DNA of 42,126 nucleotides. Source: a virus (lineage: Duplodnaviria > Caudoviricetes). Both the position numbers and the translations under genes were made by a program. The stretch is from IMG/VR virus record IMGVR_UViG_3300012838_000029, positions 1 to 42,126 of that record; one strand, given 5' to 3'. This document shows positions 27,085 through 34,335 of this stretch, in pieces. Positions within the stretch are counted from its first letter, which is position 1. Every line of letters begins with the position of its first letter. The notes beneath the pieces were generated by a model. The model was not told where the DNA came from, did not search any database, and was given only the letters and a program-made list of their open reading frames with translations.

Positions 27085-27325
27085 CGGCTGCCCCCGACGC
27101 GGGAAGATGGGGGCCACCAGCACCGCACGGCACCGGCCCCCGGCCCAGGTAGCGCACCCGTGCGGCCCCCGGTTCATGGCCGGGGGTGCTGGTCTCGGCT
27201 CCTGCGACTCATGCCGCAGAGAATCGACACGACGGCGCTTCCTCCCCCGGTGGCGCCGTGCCGGCCGCGCCTATCCCCCCTCGGTGGCGCGAGAGACGCC
27301 CGCAAGGCTCGTCGAAAGCCCGGCT

Positions 27326-27565
27326 TTACGCAGAGGTGCAGCTTTCACCCTCGTTCTCGCCCGGAATGAGCCCGGCCGACGACAGCATGCAGCTGATGCT
27401 CGCGTGGATGTGCTCGACGTAGTCGGCCGGCGCCTGTTCCACCAGGCATTCCGCCTCGCCGGCGAACGCCTCCAGCACCTCGTCAGGTTCGCACTCGTCC
27501 ACCAGGCAGGGCAGGCGCTGCTCCAGACGCTGCAGTTCGGCGTCGATCTCGGCTCGGGTTTTCAT
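27326..27565 (-). CDS. Small acidic hypothetical protein coupled to SRAP
   Basis: MKTRAEIDAELQRLEQRLP...; ATGA overlap with the SRAP stop. Confidence 0.65.
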   Translation of the reverse strand: MKTRAEIDAELQRLEQRLPCLVDECEPDEVLEAFAGEAECLVEQAPADYVEHIHASISCMLSSAGLIPGENEGESCTSA

Positions 27566-28482
27566 GCGGCGATCCGGTGCTCGTAGTAGGGGTGGCGCTT
27601 GTCGTCGAAGATCGCGTGCAGCGCCGCCAGGTTGCCCGGCTCGGGGTTGAGCCAGGCATCGATGTGCTCGGGCTTGATGTTGATGATGGTGCGGTCGTGG
27701 CCGGCAGCGGCCACCTCGGGCTCCGGCTCGTCCGTGATGGCCGCGAAGCTCAGCAGATCCGGCTCCACGCCGGCGGGGTCCCTCCAGTGCGACCACAGGC
27801 AGGCCACCAGCATCGGCTCTCCGTCGCGCGGGGTGAACTCCAGGACGCGGTTCTTCCCGTCCGGCCCCTCGACGTTCTCGTAGAAGCGGGTGGCCACCAT
27901 CAACCCGTGGCTCGTGCCGAACTGCGCGGCCCAGAAGCCGGCCAGGTTGTCCCGCCGGGCGTTGTACGTGCCGGGGAACTTGCGGTCGTAGAACGCGGGC
28001 TTGCCGCACGGCCGGCACTGGTAGCGCATCGGCTTCACCACGCGCTGGCCGTTCTCCCAGACCATCACCGGGGCGTACATGCCGGGGAACACGCGGTCGT
28101 CGTCGCTGGCCAGGCCCTTGAGGATGTCGAGCCGGCGCCGGGCCGCCTTGCCCTTGTTCGTGCCGATGCGCACGTCGTCGCGCGCCTTCTTGGTCTCCTT
28201 CACCTGCAGCGCCCGCTGCGCGTCGCCGACGCGCCGGCGCAGCGCGAACAGCTCGGCCTCCAGCTCCGCGATGTCAGCCTGGTCCTGGGCGAGCAGGGCG
28301 GCGCGCAGCTCCGGCGGGCCGATCTCCTCCAGCTCCCGGATGGTCGCGCGCGGCGCCTTCCGGCGCGGCTGCCGCTTCTCCCCGGGCCAGAAGGTGGCCA
28401 CGTAGGTGTCGATATCCATGACAGCGCCGAAGTGCCGCTTGAACAGCTTGAACTCGGCGTAGATCTGGGCGGAGTAGCACAT
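27562..28482 (-). CDS. SOS response-associated peptidase (SRAP/HMCES/YedK family, abasic-site protection)
   Basis: N-terminal Met-Cys, 'YNARRDNL', 'FYEN', 'AAITDEP..VAAAGHDR..I.I...DAWL'; coiled-coil insertion. Confidence 0.9.
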   Translation of the reverse strand: MCYSAQIYAEFKLFKRHFGAVMDIDTYVATFWPGEKRQPRRKAPRATIRELEEIGPPELRAALLAQDQADIAELEAELFALRRRVGDAQRALQVKETKKARDDVRIGTNKGKAARRRLDILKGLASDDDRVFPGMYAPVMVWENGQRVVKPMRYQCRPCGKPAFYDRKFPGTYNARRDNLAGFWAAQFGTSHGLMVATRFYENVEGPDGKNRVLEFTPRDGEPMLVACLWSHWRDPAGVEPDLLSFAAITDEPEPEVAAAGHDRTIINIKPEHIDAWLNPEPGNLAALHAIFDDKRHPYYEHRIAA

Positions 28483-28644
28483 GGGCCGGAGGATAACCGG
28501 GCCGAGAACGCCGACACGTGACGGGCCCTATGGATACGCGGCGACAACTCCCGCAATTCGCTTATCACGCCAGATCGCGCAGCGGAAGTGCGACCCCTCA
28601 ATAAGTACTTGAATTACCGTAGTTGATGACGCCGCCTCACCCCC

Positions 28645-28673
28645 TAGACAGAGCCCGCGAGCGGGGCTAGCTT
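28645..28673 (+). promoter_or_regulatory. Sigma70 promoter for the antirepressor-like gene
   Basis: TAGACA (28645-28650)-N17-TAGCTT (28668-28673). Confidence 0.6.
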
Positions 28674-28718
28674 AGCCCTCGACCGGCGAGGGTCGGTCAC
28701 CAACCCATCGGGGTTTCA

Positions 28719-28820
28719 GTAAAAAGAAACCCCGCCTGAGCGCCAACTCAGGCAGGGCAGGTCTTTCAATCAATCCGCCACCATCTGGAAGCGGGTTAGC
28801 GTTGTAAGCAAACGCTAACG
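28719..28820 (-). ncRNA. Predicted ~100-nt cis-antisense RNA
   Basis: Minus-strand promoter at 28855-28827. Ends in the hairpin GCCTGAG-TTGGCG-CTCAGGC followed by GGGGTTTCTTTTT (intrinsic terminator). Confidence 0.6.
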
Positions 28821-28826
28821 CAAGGA

Positions 28827-28855
28827 AGCGTAGGCCGGTTTCGACAGACGGTCAA
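28827..28855 (-). promoter_or_regulatory. Antisense sigma70 promoter
   Basis: TTGACC (reverse complement of 28850-28855)-N17-TACGCT (reverse complement of 28827-28832). Confidence 0.6.
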
Positions 28856-28897
28856 CGATCCTTTTTCCGGCTCTGGTGGTTTTCTGTGAGGAAAACC

Positions 28898-29524
28898 ATG
28901 AATACGAGCGCTACCCCCAGCGACCCCCCGCCGCTCCGCCTTCCGCCCCGGCTTCCCAAGCTTCGCGCCCCAATGCAGGGCTTGGCTAGCGGCCGGCCGC
29001 AAGCACCAACGCTTGATACGTGGCTGCCGGCGGCGGAGCGCGTGAGCCCTCCGCCGCCGCAGCCGGGCAGCCTCGCAGATCGAATGCTGAGCGGGTGCAT
29101 CTTGATCGAGTCGATCTGCAGCGTGCTCCGGCCGGCGCCCTCGGCCACCCATGCTCTTTACGAGCGCCTGGCATCCCGACTGGATCTTGTGGGCGTGCTT
29201 CCTGCCTACTCGGTCGACGCGCCTGAGGGCGCGGCCGGGTCGGAGGCCACGAAGAGCCTGACCGAACTGCTCAAGCAGCATGGCAGCCCAATCAGCGCCC
29301 GCGCCGCGAACAAGATGTTGGAGGCGTCCGGCGTGCTTGAGCGCCAGGAGCGCGCGTCGAGCAACGGTCGGAAGGGCTACTGGTGCATCACGCGTGAGGG
29401 TGAACAGTTCGGCAAGAACTTGACCCATCCGGAAAACCCGCGCGAGACCCAACCGCACTTCTACCTGAGCCGGTTCGCGGACCTGGTCAAGCGTGCAGGG
29501 TTGCCGGTAACGATCGCCGTGTGA
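28898..29524 (+). CDS. Antirepressor-like protein (C-terminal domain found on KilA-N/Rha/Bro-type phage regulators)
   Basis: 'SLTELLKQHG..ISARAANKML...G.LE...R.SS.....YW.IT.EG..FGKNLT.P.NPRETQPHFY'; Pro-rich N-terminus. Confidence 0.7.
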   Translation: MNTSATPSDPPPLRLPPRLPKLRAPMQGLASGRPQAPTLDTWLPAAERVSPPPPQPGSLADRMLSGCILIESICSVLRPAPSATHALYERLASRLDLVGVLPAYSVDAPEGAAGSEATKSLTELLKQHGSPISARAANKMLEASGVLERQERASSNGRKGYWCITREGEQFGKNLTHPENPRETQPHFYLSRFADLVKRAGLPVTIAV

Positions 29525-29530
29525 CGCGCG

Positions 29531-29558
29531 ACCCGGCCCTGCTTTTGCGGGGCCGGGT
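29531..29558 (+). terminator. Strong hairpin after the antirepressor-like gene
   Basis: ACCCGGCCCTGC-TTTT-GCGGGGCCGGGT 12-bp stem with a weak U-tract. Confidence 0.55.
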
Positions 29559-29599
29559 GATTCTCAGATGGGGAGACGCTGGTGCGCACAATGCCCGCC

Positions 29600-29983
29600 A
29601 TGCGATGGAAGCCCGTCCACATCACCGCCAGCGGACCGCCGACCGTCCTTGAACTCGATGGGGTCGGGGTCGTGCGCCTGATGGAAGGCGTCGGTGGCTC
29701 CTGGTTCGCGGTCCTCAATTACCACCTGCCCAGGGACCGCCACAGCATGCGCGACTGCACCAGCTACGAGGCTGGCCGCACCGGGGCCGAGCTGTGGGTG
29801 CAGCGCCACCGGGATCGACTGGAGCGCGAGGCGGGCGAGGCGCGCGCCCGCTGGGCGCGGCTGCCGGTGGCGGAAGACGTGGCCACCTCTCCGCGCCGGT
29901 CGCTGGCGGAGATTGAGGCAGAACGCGAGCGGATCATCGCGAACCTGAAGGTTCCACCTCGGCCCCACCGCCGGCGGCGCTGA
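29600..29983 (+). CDS. Conserved hypothetical prophage protein
   Basis: 'RDCTSYEAGRTGAELWVQRHRDRL' motif recalled from Xanthomonadaceae prophages. Start uncertain (29582, 29591 or 29600). Confidence 0.65.
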   Translation: MRWKPVHITASGPPTVLELDGVGVVRLMEGVGGSWFAVLNYHLPRDRHSMRDCTSYEAGRTGAELWVQRHRDRLEREAGEARARWARLPVAEDVATSPRRSLAEIEAERERIIANLKVPPRPHRRRR

Positions 29984-30015
29984 GCAGCGGAGCCGCGGGG
30001 CATGTGCCGGCAAAA

Positions 30016-30049
30016 GGGGTGCCACCGCCGGGGGCGACAGTGGCACCCC
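30016..30049 (+). promoter_or_regulatory. Late-promoter/activator motif, copy 3
   Basis: GGGGTGCCAC-CGCCG-GGGGCGACAGTGGCACCCC upstream of the lysis cassette. Confidence 0.75.
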
Positions 30050-30171
30050 CGGGCGGCCAGCATCGCCGCATGGCAGCCCCGACGAGCCCTCCCGATCCCG
30101 TCACCCGTGCCGCGGCGCTGTGCGGCGGCGCAGGGGACGACGTCGCCGCCAGCGGCTCGCATCCTGCCGCC

Positions 30172-30750
30172 ATGGCCACCCAGCTTCCTCTCCCGATCAA
30201 CCCGGAAGACGCGGTCCGGCGGATCATCTTCCCCGCGCTGAGGCTGCTGCCGCCGGCCATGACCAGCCTGCAGGCCGTGGTGCTGATCGTCGCCATTTTC
30301 CTGCAGGAGTCCGCGCTGGCGCACCGCTGGCAGGTGGTCGACGCGAAGCGCCCCGAGCGCAAGGGCCCCGCCCGCGGCCTGGCCCAGTTCGAGAAGGGCA
30401 CCCGCGCCAGCCGGGGCGGGGTGTGGGGAATCTACCTGCACGCGTCCAGCCGGTACTGGCTGTCGAAGGTGTGCGAGGCGCTGGGCATCCCGTTCACCCC
30501 GGACGCCATCTGGCAGGCCATGGAGCGCAGCGACGTCCTCGCCGCAGCCTGCGCCCGCCTCCTGCTGTTTACCGACCCCAAGCCGCTGCCGGCGCCGGAC
30601 GATGAAGAAGGCGCGTGGAAGCTCTACCTGCGCACCTGGCGCCCCGGCGCCTACACTCGCGGCACGCCCACGGCGCGACGGCAGCTCCGCGAGAAGTTCG
30701 GGCGCAACCACCGCGTCGCGCGCGCGGCTGCCCTGGCGGCGCGCCCGTGA
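30172..30750 (+). CDS. Endolysin (lysozyme/transglycosylase-like); alternative in-frame start at 30070
   Basis: 'AIFLQES..HRWQ...GPARGLAQFE.G...DVLAAACARLLL..DP.PLP.....AW..YLRTWRPG'; first gene of the holin/spanin cluster. Confidence 0.75.
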   Translation: MATQLPLPINPEDAVRRIIFPALRLLPPAMTSLQAVVLIVAIFLQESALAHRWQVVDAKRPERKGPARGLAQFEKGTRASRGGVWGIYLHASSRYWLSKVCEALGIPFTPDAIWQAMERSDVLAAACARLLLFTDPKPLPAPDDEEGAWKLYLRTWRPGAYTRGTPTARRQLREKFGRNHRVARAAALAARP

Positions 30751-31094
30751 TGGACCTGCAGCGCCAGCCCGATGGCCGCCGGCACATCAGCCTCGGGCCG
30801 GTGGAGTGGGCGATCGTCGGCGGCGCCGCATCCGTCCTGCTGGTGCTGGTCGGCATCGTCTATACCGGCATCACCAGCAAGATCGAGGACCAGGCGCGCA
30901 GCCAGAAGGAGCTGGCCGCCTCGATGGCGCTGGTCTCCCAGCAGGTGGCCGTGACGAACGGCCAGATCCAGACGCTCACCGCCCAGCTGGCCGACGTGCC
31001 ACGCCTCACCCGCGACATGGCGGAGGTGAAGGTGCGCGTGGAGCAGCACGACCTGGACATCCGGGAACTGAAGCAGCTGCGGAGGGTGCAGTGA
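30750..31094 (+). CDS. Single-TM coiled-coil lysis-cassette protein (holin/antiholin candidate)
   Basis: One TM segment (WAIVGGAASVLLVLVGIVY) followed by a coiled coil. Confidence 0.6.
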   Translation: MDLQRQPDGRRHISLGPVEWAIVGGAASVLLVLVGIVYTGITSKIEDQARSQKELAASMALVSQQVAVTNGQIQTLTAQLADVPRLTRDMAEVKVRVEQHDLDIRELKQLRRVQ

Positions 31095-31516
31095 TGGATC
31101 GCAAGGCGACGCTTGTGGCGGTGCTCAGTGCGCTGGGGGCAGTGCTGACGGCGCTGGCGACGCACGGCTCCGACGCAATCCAGGCGCTTTCCGGCGTACC
31201 GGTGCTGGTCCAGGCCTGGGCTGCCGGCCTGCCGCTGGGGGTCTGGTCGTTCGCGCTGGCGCTGGTACTGGCAACGCTGGTGTGGGTGGCTGCCATCCGC
31301 CACCTGCCGATCGCGCCCAGTGGCAAGGCGCCATTTGTCGCTGCCAACGCCGTGGCGCTGGTGCTGGGCCCGGCGGTGACCGTGGCGCAGCAGTATTTCG
31401 CGTCCACGCGCACCCCCGGGGCGCTGCTCAACGCGCTGATCATCGGCCTGATCGCCGGCCTGGCCGCGCCCCACATCGGCGCGCTGCTGCGTGGCAAGGC
31501 GAGGACCGCGCCGTGA
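31094..31516 (+). CDS. Multi-TM holin candidate
   Basis: About four hydrophobic segments and a basic C-terminus, within the lysis cassette. Confidence 0.6.
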   Translation: MDRKATLVAVLSALGAVLTALATHGSDAIQALSGVPVLVQAWAAGLPLGVWSFALALVLATLVWVAAIRHLPIAPSGKAPFVAANAVALVLGPAVTVAQQYFASTRTPGALLNALIIGLIAGLAAPHIGALLRGKARTAP

Positions 31517-31908
31517 GGGACTGGGCAGACCTGATCAAGCTGGGCGTCGCACTCGGGCTGGCCATTGCCGTCGCCCTCTGGGGCCGCAGCTGCGGCAAGG
31601 CCGCGGGCCTGGAGGAGGGTGCCGAGGCGCGCACCGCGCTGGCCGACGCCCTGGGTAAGGCGAACCGGGCCCTGGCCGCCTGCACGGGCTCGGTCAAACT
31701 GGCGAACCGGGAGGCTGAGCGCGCCGCGGCGGAAGCGCTCCGGCAGCAAGGCCTGGCCGCCCAGGCCGCCGAGCGCGCGGAGCAGGCACAGAAGGACGCC
31801 GACCGCCGCGTCGCCAACCTGGCGCGTCAGCTGCAGGAGGCCCGCGCCAACCCGGACGCCGCCGCGCAGCTGGACATTGAACTCCACCCCTCCATCCCAC
31901 TGCTGTGA
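31513..31908 (+). CDS. i-spanin (Rz-like)
   Basis: N-terminal TM segment followed by an Ala-rich coiled coil. Confidence 0.75.
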   Translation: MRDWADLIKLGVALGLAIAVALWGRSCGKAAGLEEGAEARTALADALGKANRALAACTGSVKLANREAERAAAEALRQQGLAAQAAERAEQAQKDADRRVANLARQLQEARANPDAAAQLDIELHPSIPLL

Positions 31909-31916
31909 GGCCGCCG

Positions 31917-32198
31917 ATGCGCCTGATTGCCGCCGCCGCGGTCCTGCTGCTGACCGCATGCCAGACTTGCCCGGAGCGGCTCCCCGAGGTGGTGAAGGTG
32001 CCCGTGCGCGTGACCGTGCCGGTGCCGGAGAAGCTGACCGCCCCATGCCCCGTCGCCCGGGCGCAGACCCGCACCGTCGAGGCCGTCGTCCAGGCCTACA
32101 ACGCTAACGTGGAGCAGCTGGAAGCCTGCAACCGCAAGCTGGGGGAGATCCGGGCGTTGCCGGTGGGCGAGGGGCCGGACGCCTCCGCCACCCGCTGA
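31917..32198 (+). CDS. o-spanin lipoprotein (Rz1-like, separated architecture)
   Basis: Lipobox LTAC; Pro-rich 'PVPEKLTAPCP...LEACN.KL..IR'. Confidence 0.8.
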   Translation: MRLIAAAAVLLLTACQTCPERLPEVVKVPVRVTVPVPEKLTAPCPVARAQTRTVEAVVQAYNANVEQLEACNRKLGEIRALPVGEGPDASATR

Positions 32199-32519
32199 CC
32201 CTTCGGGCGGCGAAGTCGATCAGATCCAGTGCTGTCTTGATGAGCGCTGCGGCGGCCGCCGCTTCGGTGACGCTGATGTCCATGCGTGCTGATCCTGCTG
32301 TCGGGAGAAACCAGCGTGGACGAGCCAGGACGGCCCGATTCAGACGGGTTTCCGAAAACGCAGGACCAGCGTGTGTTTGTCGCACCCGCGAAATCCCGCC
32401 ATTCGCCAGAGGGCAGGATCAGCGCGCAACTACCGCGCAATCCTGCCTTTCGGCGACGGCAGGATGTGGGCTGGCTATGGAGCGTTCCACGTCCGGGATT
32501 TCCGCAGCGCGGCTTCTTC

Positions 32520-32927
32520 TCAGCGGCAGGGGACAGCGCCGCGCTTGACCGCGCCTAGCGCCCGCTCGAGTTCATCCTCGTCGAACACGATGCCGCGGCC
32601 CCACACGGTGATCGTCACCTCGGTGCCGTTTTCCAGCTGCCGTATATCGAACCGCTCCAGGTCGGTCACCTGGCCATCGTTGCCAACACGCAGCACAGCG
32701 GTCCGGGTGTCGCTGTAGAGGTTGCCGCTGACCGGCCAAGCGCCCCGGACCAGCGCCTTGGGCGTACCCCAGCACGCGCGGGCGTAGGCATCGGCGCGCC
32801 GGTAGACCTCCTGGTAGCCCTCCGGCACCACGATCGTGCGGGAAGGGGAGGGCACGCCCTCCTTGATGCCAGGGGTGCATGCCGCGAGCGCGGCTAGTAG
32901 CGGAAGGACGAGCCAGCGCGTGTGCAT
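32520..32927 (-). CDS. Lipoprotein in the repressor operon (superinfection-exclusion candidate)
   Basis: Lipobox LAAC; downstream of cI on the same strand. Confidence 0.7.
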   Translation of the reverse strand: MHTRWLVLPLLAALAACTPGIKEGVPSPSRTIVVPEGYQEVYRRADAYARACWGTPKALVRGAWPVSGNLYSDTRTAVLRVGNDGQVTDLERFDIRQLENGTEVTITVWGRGIVFDEDELERALGAVKRGAVPCR

Positions 32928-32931
32928 CGGG

Positions 32932-33159
32932 CTACTCCGGGCGGGCCTGGGGGGCCTTGCGCTCCTGCTCTAAGCGAGCCAGGTCGGTGCGCAAAGAGGC
33001 GATATGGTCGTTCTGGTGCTGCAGCAGCCGGGCGATGTGGTCGAGCCGGCCTTTGATGCCGAAGATGGCGAAGGGGAGGATGAACCAGAGCACTGCCAGT
33101 ACGAACAGGAACAGCGCGATCACCGCGCCGATGAGTTCGAGATCCCCATTGCTGACCAT
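32932..33159 (-). CDS. Small membrane protein in the repressor operon
   Basis: 'LIGAVIALFLFVLAVLWFILPFAIFGIK' TM segment; GGGAGG SD. Confidence 0.7.
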   Translation of the reverse strand: MVSNGDLELIGAVIALFLFVLAVLWFILPFAIFGIKGRLDHIARLLQHQNDHIASLRTDLARLEQERKAPQARPE

Positions 33160-33189
33160 CGCCCCTCCCTGAGTTCAGATCACCTCTAC

Positions 33190-33525
33190 CTAGCCACTGG
33201 CCAGGAGATCAAGCAACCCCTTCTGCTGCTTCGCCGTCAACCGGCTTACGCGCTCGATCAGCTGCTGGTCGAGCGCGCCTAGGTACGGCTCATGCGGCTC
33301 ATGCACACGCGTGGGCGCCGCCCCGGCGGGAGCGAGCAACAGCGAGTCAGCCGACGCACGGTACAGCTTGCAGAGCTCGATAAACACCTGCAGCTGGGGG
33401 AAGTTTTTGCCGTTCTCCCACGCGGATAACGCCCCCTTCGTTACCCCCAGCTCCAGGGCCGCATCCATCTGCGTGAGCCCTGCCTGCTCCCGGGCGGCCT
33501 TCATGCGGGCGCCGAAAGTAGTCAC
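33190..33525 (-). CDS. cI: CI-like XRE repressor (no S24 autocleavage domain), probably leaderless
   Basis: 'FGARMKAAREQAGLTQ..AA..LGVTKGALSAWENGKNFP' HTH, divergent from cro. GTG lies 6 nt downstream of a minus-strand TATACT -10. Confidence 0.82.
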   Translation of the reverse strand: MTTFGARMKAAREQAGLTQMDAALELGVTKGALSAWENGKNFPQLQVFIELCKLYRASADSLLLAPAGAAPTRVHEPHEPYLGALDQQLIERVSRLTAKQQKGLLDLLASG

Positions 33526-33531
33526 CGGTGA

Positions 33532-33597
33532 AGTATAGGGCCGCTTAACTTGCCCGGGTTCAGGTGGGCTTGACATGGCGTCAAGGCCGCCTATACT
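33532..33597. promoter_or_regulatory. Lysis/lysogeny switch: three operators and divergent promoters
   Basis: GTnnAG-N5-CTnnAC at 33533-33549, 33558-33574 and 33580-33596. Rightward promoter TTGACA (33570-33575)-N16-TATACT (33592-33597). Leftward -10 TATACT (33537-33532). Confidence 0.78.
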
Positions 33598-33607
33598 CCG
33601 GGTCAAG

Positions 33608-33844
33608 ATGAGCGCGACCCCTTCCAATCACGAACACCCGATCCGGCGCGCCAGGCTGGCCCGCCGCTGGTCGCAGCAGGAGCTCGGCCTCCGCCTGGAC
33701 CCGCCGGCCACCAAGGCCGCTGTTTCCCAGTGGGAGTCAGACACCACCCAGCCCGAGCCGAAGCTCGGTTTGCAGCTGGTGGACCTGTTCGATGGCGAGT
33801 TCTCCCTGGAGGACCTGTACCGCCGCGAGAGGAGCGCTGCCTGA
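33608..33844 (+). CDS. cro: Cro-like XRE regulator
   Basis: 'IRRARLARRWSQQELG.....TKAAVSQWES....P' HTH; first gene after the rightward promoter. Confidence 0.8.
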   Translation: MSATPSNHEHPIRRARLARRWSQQELGLRLDPPATKAAVSQWESDTTQPEPKLGLQLVDLFDGEFSLEDLYRRERSAA

Positions 33845-34335
33845 TGCACGCCATCCTGACCACCCCCGCGTTCCCGCCGCGACCGGCCCAGCAGGGCAGG
33901 GCGACAGGGCCGACTGCGGCCGAGCCCACCTCCGAGACCAGCCGCCAGCTGGAGCAGGCCCTGAGCCAGTTGGAGGAGGTCGCTGCGCGGCAGCGGGGAA
34001 CCGCCCAGGCCGGGCGCACCCTGGCCGACGTCTGCGCCCGCCACCTGCGGGCCAACCAGCCGGCGGCGCACCAGCCGCGGGCCGCCGTCCGCCACGCCGG
34101 CAACCCCATCCGGGAGGCGCGGGCGAAGGCCGGGCTGTCCCTGCAGAAGCTGGCGGCGCGCCTGGGCATCACCGCCAGCTGCCTCCACTACTGGGAGACC
34201 GACGGCAACTTCATCGGCGTGGACCGCCTGCGGGAGCTGCGCGCCGCGCTGGCCCCGCACTTCGACCTCGAGGCGTATCTGGCTCACGCCGAGCGGGTAG
34301 GGCGCACCCGCGGGCGTGCGGAGAGGGGCCGCTGA
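33844..34335 (+). CDS. XRE HTH protein
   Basis: C-terminal 'IREARAKAGLSLQKLAARLGITASCLHYWET'. Confidence 0.75.
   Translation: MHAILTTPAFPPRPAQQGRATGPTAAEPTSETSRQLEQALSQLEEVAARQRGTAQAGRTLADVCARHLRANQPAAHQPRAAVRHAGNPIREARAKAGLSLQKLAARLGITASCLHYWETDGNFIGVDRLRELRAALAPHFDLEAYLAHAERVGRTRGRAERGR

Noticed and set aside
27577-28521. 314-aa + strand ORF over SRAP
   Set aside because: In-register shadow with no coupling at either end; it illustrates the chance background for the bridge-ORF finding.
28483-28897. LexA/SOS box upstream of SRAP or the antirepressor-like gene
   Set aside because: No convincing CTGT-N8-ACAG or TTAG-N6-TACTA match found by eye.
32104-32283. Small minus-strand ORF MDISVTEAAAAAALIKTALDL...
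   Set aside because: Overlaps the o-spanin 3' end in antisense and has no clear SD; cannot be supported, though not excluded.
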